Assembly: GCA_964588985.1 (NCBI GenBank)
Contig: CAZPQW010000014.1
Coordinates: forward strand, 1-64,000
Direction: 5' to 3'
DNA: 64,000 nucleotides
Origin: an uncultured Solirubrobacteraceae bacterium
GTDB taxonomy: Bacteria; Actinomycetota; Thermoleophilia; Solirubrobacterales; Solirubrobacteraceae
How positions within the stretch are numbered: position 1 is the first letter of the stretch; every line of letters begins with the position of its first letter. The notes beneath the pieces are model-generated. The model was not told the origin of the DNA. It was given only the letters and a program-made list of their open reading frames with translations, and ran no database searches. A program made the position numbers and the translations under genes. Of this stretch, positions 57,699 to 64,000 are shown piece by piece.

Positions 57699-60395
57699 TC
57701 AGCTGGGCAGCGTCGGCGGTGCGGCGGGGTCTATGTCCACGGCGACGGCCGGGGTGGCGACGGCCGCGGGGGTGGCGGCGGCCTGGACAGCTGCCACCTC
57801 GCGCGGGTCCACGGTCGGGAGCTCGCCCGGCTCTGCGGGGGGCTTCGCGTTGAACAGCCCCTCGATCGCTTTCGCGGGGGCGGCCTCGCCCATGAACGGC
57901 CCCTGGGCCTGCGCGCATCCCATGGCGTGGAGGGTGATCATCTGCTCTTCGGTCTCGATGCCCTTGGCGACGACCGCAAGCGACAGGTCGCGTCCGAGTA
58001 CGAGGATCGCCTCGAGCAGCCACTTGCGGTAGTCCTCGTCGTCGGTGGCCGCGAGCGAGCTGCGGTCGACCTTGAGGAAGTCGAGCGGCAGGCGCTGTAG
58101 GTCGGAGTGGTTGGCGTAGGCGCTGCCGAAGTCGTTGATCGCGATCCGCACGCCCATCTGCTTGATCTCGCCGAGGCGAGCGGTGGCGGCGTCGACATCA
58201 CTCATGATCGTGTGCTCGGGTATCTCGAGCGTGAGCAGCGAGGGGTCGATCCCGGACTGCTGCAGCGCGCGGCGCACGTCGGTGACGAAGCCGTCGCGGT
58301 TGAGCTGCGTGCCGGTCACCTCCACCGAGATGCCGACGGTGTGGCCGGCGACGTTCCATGCGGCTGCGCGGCTGCACGCCTGCTCCAGGACCCAGCGGCC
58401 GATCGGCACGATCAGCCCTGTTTCCTCGGCCAGCGGCAGGAAGTCCTCAGGAGCGACGACGCCGTGCTTGGGGCGCATCCAGCGAACGAGGGCCTCGAGG
58501 CCCACGACCTTGCGCGTGGCGAGGTCGAAGATCGGCTCGTACAGCAGGAAGAACTGCTTTTCCTGCAGTGCGTTGTTGAGCTCCCCCTCGAGCATCCCCT
58601 GGTCCTCGATGACGGAGCGCATGTTGGCGTTGAAGAGCGTGTAGCGGTCCTTGCCGGCGGCCTTCGCGGCGAGCAGCGCGAGGCGTGCGTCGCGCAGCAT
58701 GTCGTCGGCTGTGGCGTAGCGGCCGAAGGCGACACCGATGCTGGCGGTGACGAGGAAGTTGGGCCCGAAGTTGTCGAGCTCGGCGGGCTTGTGCAGGGAC
58801 TCGATCACACGGCGGGCGAGGGAGTCCAGGCGCGCGCCGCGGGCCGCGGACTCGACCAGGATCACGAACTCGTCCCCGCCGAGGCGTCCGACGGAGTCCT
58901 GCTCTCGCACGACGTTCTCGAGGCGTTCGGCGACGATCTTCAGCAGCTGGTCGCCGGTCGCCGTCCCGAGCTTGTCGTTGACGTCCTGGAACCAGTCGAT
59001 GTCGATGAACAGCGCGCCCACGAGCAGGCCCGACTCGCGTCCCGCCCTGGCGAGCATGCGCTGCGCGCGGTCGAGCATCAGCGCGCGGTTGGGCAGGCCG
59101 GTGAGCTCGTCGTAGAGATCCTCCTGCGGGTCGCGGTCCTCGAGCTTCGACACGCGTCCGGCGCCCAGCGCGAACACGAGCAGGCCGAGGAGCGCGCTCA
59201 GCAGGGTGCCCGCGATCAGCACGTCGCGTGCGCTCCCGTCCGTGAGCACGCTCGTGGCGGGCGCCGTCCCGTAGGTCCTGACCGTCCAGCCGTTGCGGAG
59301 GTTGGTGGTTGTGCTCGGGGTCCCCGGCTTGGCGGTTCCGCTGGTGAACAGGATGTGTGAGGCGCTCGTGCGGTAGCGAATCCGCACCGCGCTGCCCGGG
59401 TGACCCCTGAGGGCCTGTTCCAACATCACACCCGGAGCGAGCACCTCGCTCATCCATCCCACGAATGCGGCCATGCGGCCACCGAACGTGTGTGGCGGTG
59501 CTGCCCCTCGGTAGACGGGCATCTGGATTTCCAGTCCGCTCGTGTGTCCGATGGCGACCGGCACGGAGGTGGTGGCGCCGTTGTCGCGTGCGATCAGCAT
59601 GCCGGGGGTGACGGCGCAGAAGTCCAACCCCGCGGGAGCTTCGGTGCTAGCGCTCCGGGCAAGTTCTACGGACGTGAGGCAGTAGTAGGGGCGTGCGCCC
59701 GCGGGCAGGATGCGCAGGTTCGAGCTCGCGCTGCTGAGCGGCTTGGTCTTGCCTTCGAGCGCCTGGATGGGTGTCTGGCCGGTGATCGCGGCGCTGAACC
59801 TCGGCAGGTCGCTTGCTCGGACGATTGTCACTAGGCCGAGCTTCTCGAGCTGTGGGAAGCGGTGCAGCGTCTGTGCCCATTTCGCCCACGCCGCGAATTC
59901 CGCGGGCGTGGCTTTGGGGTTGCCGGCGAAGAACGTGCCCGCGCCGATCGCGAGGTCTTCCTCGTGCTGAATCGCGAGCTTCAGCCGCAGTGCGATCTCG
60001 GCGGAGCTCAGACGGAGCGTCTGCTGTGCTTCGGTCTTGTCGGTTCGAAGCACGGTTTGCGCTCTGAGCAGCGAGCCGACGGTACCGCCGGCGACGCACA
60101 GCACCGCGATGGCCGCCCATACGCTTTTTCGGCCCGGAGCGAGGCGTGTGAAGCGCGAGCCTCCAGCGTCCGGTGTGCTCTGGGTGAGGGTGGCGTCCGC
60201 CAGGGCGCTGCCGTAGACGCCCTGCGGCTGCGGCGTCGCCTGTGGCTCGGCCGGCGGAGGTAGGGGTATAACGGGTGGCGGTAGGGGTACAGAGCTTTGA
60301 TCGGGCTGTGCGGCGACAGGCGCCGGCCCGTCAGCGGAGGCGTCGGGCGCTTTGACGGGCTCGGGGTTGCTCTGAGGGTTTTCGCTGTCTGACAT
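57699..60395 (-). CDS. Membrane sensor (CHASE-like)-GGDEF-EAL protein, EAL degenerate
   Basis: Two TM segments flank the sensor; RLGGDEF intact; EAL present but INDFGSAYA, SVEV, AKGIE. Confidence 0.88.
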   Translation of the reverse strand: MSDSENPQSNPEPVKAPDASADGPAPVAAQPDQSSVPLPPPVIPLPPPAEPQATPQPQGVYGSALADATLTQSTPDAGGSRFTRLAPGRKSVWAAIAVLCVAGGTVGSLLRAQTVLRTDKTEAQQTLRLSSAEIALRLKLAIQHEEDLAIGAGTFFAGNPKATPAEFAAWAKWAQTLHRFPQLEKLGLVTIVRASDLPRFSAAITGQTPIQALEGKTKPLSSASSNLRILPAGARPYYCLTSVELARSASTEAPAGLDFCAVTPGMLIARDNGATTSVPVAIGHTSGLEIQMPVYRGAAPPHTFGGRMAAFVGWMSEVLAPGVMLEQALRGHPGSAVRIRYRTSASHILFTSGTAKPGTPSTTTNLRNGWTVRTYGTAPATSVLTDGSARDVLIAGTLLSALLGLLVFALGAGRVSKLEDRDPQEDLYDELTGLPNRALMLDRAQRMLARAGRESGLLVGALFIDIDWFQDVNDKLGTATGDQLLKIVAERLENVVREQDSVGRLGGDEFVILVESAARGARLDSLARRVIESLHKPAELDNFGPNFLVTASIGVAFGRYATADDMLRDARLALLAAKAAGKDRYTLFNANMRSVIEDQGMLEGELNNALQEKQFFLLYEPIFDLATRKVVGLEALVRWMRPKHGVVAPEDFLPLAEETGLIVPIGRWVLEQACSRAAAWNVAGHTVGISVEVTGTQLNRDGFVTDVRRALQQSGIDPSLLTLEIPEHTIMSDVDAATARLGEIKQMGVRIAINDFGSAYANHSDLQRLPLDFLKVDRSSLAATDDEDYRKWLLEAILVLGRDLSLAVVAKGIETEEQMITLHAMGCAQAQGPFMGEAAPAKAIEGLFNAKPPAEPGELPTVDPREVAAVQAAATPAAVATPAVAVDIDPAAPPTLPS

Positions 60396-60413
60396 GGCGG
60401 TCTCTGCCTGCTC

Positions 60414-60467
60414 TCGGCATGCGAACTTCCGCTCCCGATCTCTGCACGCGTGTTTGCGCTCGCGATC
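60414..60467. repeat. Imperfect 27-bp tandem duplication upstream of the GGDEF-EAL gene
   Basis: tcggcatgcgaacttccgctcccgatc vs tctgcacgcgtgtttgcgctcgcgatc (20/27 identical). Confidence 0.5.
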
Positions 60468-60554
60468 AGTGATCGAATCGCGACCGCACCGCGATTCACA
60501 AAACGCCTGCATCCGGACGGATATGCGACTGGCGTGCGGCGCTAAGTTGAGTAC

Positions 60555-60989
60555 ATGGCCTTCGCGCCTCCAGCACGCCACCTGCTGCGCGCCAAGGACC
60601 TGGCCGACGCGCGCTACTTCGAAGCTCTGAGTGTGCAGGAGATGGCTCACGCCGCTGGGCTCTCGCGCGCGCACTTCAGCCGCGAGTTCCGCCGTGCCTT
60701 CGGAGAGTCGCCGCACGCGTATCTGCTCACCAGGCGCCTCGAGCGTGCGGCTGCGCTGCTGCGGAGCACCGATCGCTCGATCACGGAGATCTGCTTCTCG
60801 GTGGGGCTGCGCAGCCTGGGGTCGTTCACCACCAGCTTCACACGCACGTACGGGATGCCGCCGACTATCTATCGAGCGTCCTTCCCGCCTGCCTCCAGCT
60901 ACGCACTGATACCCACGTGTGTCCTGCGCGCCTACGGGCGACCGCAACGCAGCACGTTTCGAGAAGACAGCGACACCGGGGCTGCCTAG
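60555..60989 (+). CDS. AraC-family HTH regulator (DNA-binding domain only)
   Basis: LSRAHFSR.F...FGESP..YL..RR.ERA..LL, SITEIC..VG..S.GSF...F. Confidence 0.92.
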   Translation: MAFAPPARHLLRAKDLADARYFEALSVQEMAHAAGLSRAHFSREFRRAFGESPHAYLLTRRLERAAALLRSTDRSITEICFSVGLRSLGSFTTSFTRTYGMPPTIYRASFPPASSYALIPTCVLRAYGRPQRSTFREDSDTGAA

Positions 60990-61027
60990 GATCGCTGGCG
61001 ACCGGTAAGTTCGACCAGGAGAAACCG

Positions 61028-61447
61028 ATGATCAAAATCGCCAACGCGCAGCTGTGGGTCAACGACCAAGAGGAGGCGCTCGCCTTCTACACGCAGAAGG
61101 TCGGCATGGAGGTGCGCACCGACGTGACGCTCCCCGAGATGGGCAACTTTCGCTGGCTGACCGTAGGGCCCGTGGGGCAACCGGACGTGGCGATCGTGTT
61201 GATGGCCATCCCCGGCCCGCCGATGATGGATGCCGACACCGCACAGGACGTGCGCGACCTGATGGCCAAGGGCTTCGCAGGCACGGTCTTCCTCACGACC
61301 GAGGATTGCCGCGCCTCTTACAATGAACTGAAGAGCAGGGGCGTGGAGTTCACGGAGGCGCCTGAGGAGCGCCCCTATGGCATCGACTCCGGCTTTCGCG
61401 ATCCGTCCGGCAACGCGATTCGACTGACGCAGGTCAGAGGGATGTGA
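61028..61447 (+). CDS. VOC/glyoxalase family protein
   Basis: V.DQEEALAFY, RWLTV, EL..RGVEF, FRDPSGN; AGGAG RBS. Confidence 0.92.
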   Translation: MIKIANAQLWVNDQEEALAFYTQKVGMEVRTDVTLPEMGNFRWLTVGPVGQPDVAIVLMAIPGPPMMDADTAQDVRDLMAKGFAGTVFLTTEDCRASYNELKSRGVEFTEAPEERPYGIDSGFRDPSGNAIRLTQVRGM

Positions 61448-61567
61448 TCGCTGGTCCGCCGTGTCTCGCGGCTGCGACGGATACGCAGGGCGCGGCGGGC
61501 CAACTACTTAGTCCAGTGGGTGGCACGTACTGTCGTCACATGGGCGTAATGGGTCGATCTGTTCAAG

Positions 61568-63991
61568 ATGTCAGTACAGATCGATCAGACAGGCATGCCT
61601 GAGGAGGGTACGGAGCGACTCCCGCGGGGGAGCGGCAGACGGTGGGTGCTCGTCGTGTGCCTGGTGCTCGTGGCCGGCCTGGCCGCCTCGCTCATCAGCG
61701 CAGCGCTGTGGCGATCGAGCGTGCGCACCCATGAAAGGCAGACCTTCGACGCGACCGCATCCGACGTGACCGCGACGCTCGAGACGCTGCTGCGTCGCGA
61801 TGCCGATTTCGTGGGGACGACGCGTGCGGTGCTGACGATGCAGCCGCACATGAGCAACACTCGCTTCGAAGCGTGGTTTGACGAACTACGCGGTAGGGAA
61901 CGAGTGGCGGGAGGCCTCGGAGCGAGCGTCGTCGAACGTGTCTCGGCATCTGAGCTCGGTGCTTTCCAAGCGAGACGCGCCAGCGATCGTGCGTTTCGCT
62001 CGGTTGTGGGCGGCAGGGTCGAGCGCGTCGTCGCCACGGGCAGATCCAGCTATTGCCTGCTGTCGGCCACCGTTTCGATACGGGGTGGGCTCGGTAGCGA
62101 ACTCGCCCAGGTGCTGCAGGCAGATTGGTGCTCGCGCCGCTCTCCGGTCGGACGCTCTCAGGGTGCCCTCCTGCAGGCACAGACCGACACCGGGCAGCTT
62201 CTCGTGTTGCCCGTCACAGGGCAAGGGGTGCGCACGATCGTCTTTCAGACGGCCTTCTATCGGCGTGGTGTCAGCCTCGCGAGCGTCGCACAGCGTCGCG
62301 CCGCCGTCAGCGGCTGGCTGCTGAGCACGTTCGACATTCCGGCTGTGATGCGGCTCGCGGTCGGCATGCACCGCGACCTGTCGGTGGCGCTGTATCACAG
62401 CAACCCTGGACGACACATCGAATTGCTCGATCGGGTCGGCTCGGCTGGAACGGCGAGAAGGTTCTCATACGGCAAGACGCTCAAGATCGGTGGGGCTTGG
62501 GCGGTCAAGGTGTCGGGTGCGCCGCCTGCCGGCGGGTTGTCGGCGAGCGCCCAGGGGATGTTGGTCCTCGTCGGCGGGTCGCTCGTGAGCGCACTGCTGT
62601 GTGCGTTGATCTTGGTGTTGGCGCGCTCGCGTGAGCGCGCGTACGCGATGGTGCGCGAGAAGACGGGGCAGTTGCGCCACCAGTCGTTGCACGACGCGCT
62701 CACCGGCCTGGCCAACCGCGCGCTCGTGCTCGACCGGGGACAGCAGATGATCGCGCGGGCCAGACGCCGGCAGGCGCCGGTGGCGGCTCTGTATATCGAT
62801 CTGGACGGCTTCAAGCACGTGAACGACACCTTCGGGCACGCCGCCGGCGACCTGCTCCTGCAGATCGTGGCCGCACGCCTGACGACGGTCGTCAGGGATG
62901 CCGACACGGCCGGTCGCCTCGGCGGCGACGAGTTCGTGGTGCTGCTCGAAGGCTCCACGCTGGAGGAGGGTCCCGAGGTGGTCGCCGAGCGTGTTCTGGA
63001 GGCGTTGGGCGAGCCTTACGATCTGAGTCATCTCGGGCGCCAGCTGTCGGTCACGGCCAGCGTGGGTATCGCCATCGGTACGTTCGCGACCGCGGACGAG
63101 TTGCTGCGCGACGCCGACCTCGCTCTCTATGACGCCAAGGCGGCTGGCCGCAACCGCTATGCGATGTTCGAGTCGAGCATGAGGACGGCCGCTCAGGACA
63201 TGCTGATGCTGGAGATGGACCTTGCCGGCGCGCTCGCTCATGGCCAGCTGTTCCTGCTCTACCAGCCCATATTCGATCTGCGGTCTGAGAGAGTCACCGG
63301 GGTGGAGGCGCTGGTTCGCTGGCGTCACCCCACGCGCGGCGTCATCGCTCCCGATGGCTTCATCCCGATCGCCGAGGAGAGTGGGCTGATCGTCCCGCTC
63401 GGACGCTGGGTTCTAAGTGAGGCCTGCCGTCAGGCCGCCGTGTGGGACGAGTATGGCCACCGCGTCGGCATGTGGGTCAACGTCTCCGCTCGTCAGCTCG
63501 ACGACGACGGGCTGATCGAGGACGTGCGCGACGCGCTCGAGCGCAGCATACTCGACCCCGAGGCGCTGACATTGGAGATCACCGAGACAACGCTCATGCG
63601 CGACTGCTCGGCCACTGCCGAGCGCCTGATCGCGCTCAAGGAGCTGGGTGTGCGCATCGCGATCGACGACTTCGGCACGGGCTACAGTTCGCTTGCCTAT
63701 CTGAGCCGGTTCCCGGCTGACACCTTGAAGATCGACCGCTCGTTCATCGAGGACATCGCGACCTCGAAGGCTTCCGCGGCGCTCATCCACACCTTCGTGC
63801 AGCTCGGCAAGACGCTGGACGTGGAGATGCTCGCGGAGGGCGTCGAGGATCGATCCCAGCTTGAGGCTCTGCAGCGCGAGCAATGCGATCTGGGGCAGGG
63901 ATTTCTGTTCTCGCGTCCTCTCGAGGTGGGCGACATGGAGATCTTGCTCGACGGTGCCGGCTCGAGCGTGAAGACGCTCGTTGTCGGCTAG
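61568..63991 (+). CDS. Membrane sensor (CHASE-like)-GGDEF-EAL protein, both domains canonical
   Basis: HDALTGLANR, RLGGDEF, EALVRW, VNVS, IDDFGTGYSSL, KIDRSF, AEGVE, QGFLFS. Confidence 0.92.
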   Translation: MSVQIDQTGMPEEGTERLPRGSGRRWVLVVCLVLVAGLAASLISAALWRSSVRTHERQTFDATASDVTATLETLLRRDADFVGTTRAVLTMQPHMSNTRFEAWFDELRGRERVAGGLGASVVERVSASELGAFQARRASDRAFRSVVGGRVERVVATGRSSYCLLSATVSIRGGLGSELAQVLQADWCSRRSPVGRSQGALLQAQTDTGQLLVLPVTGQGVRTIVFQTAFYRRGVSLASVAQRRAAVSGWLLSTFDIPAVMRLAVGMHRDLSVALYHSNPGRHIELLDRVGSAGTARRFSYGKTLKIGGAWAVKVSGAPPAGGLSASAQGMLVLVGGSLVSALLCALILVLARSRERAYAMVREKTGQLRHQSLHDALTGLANRALVLDRGQQMIARARRRQAPVAALYIDLDGFKHVNDTFGHAAGDLLLQIVAARLTTVVRDADTAGRLGGDEFVVLLEGSTLEEGPEVVAERVLEALGEPYDLSHLGRQLSVTASVGIAIGTFATADELLRDADLALYDAKAAGRNRYAMFESSMRTAAQDMLMLEMDLAGALAHGQLFLLYQPIFDLRSERVTGVEALVRWRHPTRGVIAPDGFIPIAEESGLIVPLGRWVLSEACRQAAVWDEYGHRVGMWVNVSARQLDDDGLIEDVRDALERSILDPEALTLEITETTLMRDCSATAERLIALKELGVRIAIDDFGTGYSSLAYLSRFPADTLKIDRSFIEDIATSKASAALIHTFVQLGKTLDVEMLAEGVEDRSQLEALQREQCDLGQGFLFSRPLEVGDMEILLDGAGSSVKTLVVG

Positions 63992-64000
63992 GGAGATGCG

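Overview
High-GC actinobacterial DNA. The gene families and leaderless promoters suggest Thermoleophilia/Solirubrobacterales, but that is inference. About 60 CDSs; no rRNA, tRNA, CRISPR array or transposase was seen. The left end has beta-oxidation genes, csp, osmC, arsR-mmpL and an agmatine catabolism locus. The core (about 16-50 kb, with outliers at 4-10 kb) looks like a DosR-regulon-like hypoxia/fermentation island. It carries three USPs, a TreT-like glycosyltransferase, adh-ald-DUF779-porCAB-GltD/ferredoxin, a GNAT/acyl-CoA ligase, an Rv2004c-like protein, ppsA, a P-type ATPase, xfp-ackA, carbamate kinase, a DosS-like heme-GAF kinase and pfkB. The right end has a BTAD regulator cluster, vapBC and two sensor-GGDEF-EAL proteins. 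Main observations: (1) a degenerate 16-bp inverted-repeat box (T[C/A][G/C/A]G[T/G]R-N5-CCRCA) occurs in pairs centred near -42.5 and -64.5/-65.5 from predicted TAnnnT-defined starts at eight or more promoters, defining a putative regulon; (2) the only NarL-type regulator appears split, with a receiver-only gene behind the kinase and an HTH-only gene 32 kb away. Several small uncharacterised proteins fall under the box. All motif and start-site assignments were made by eye.
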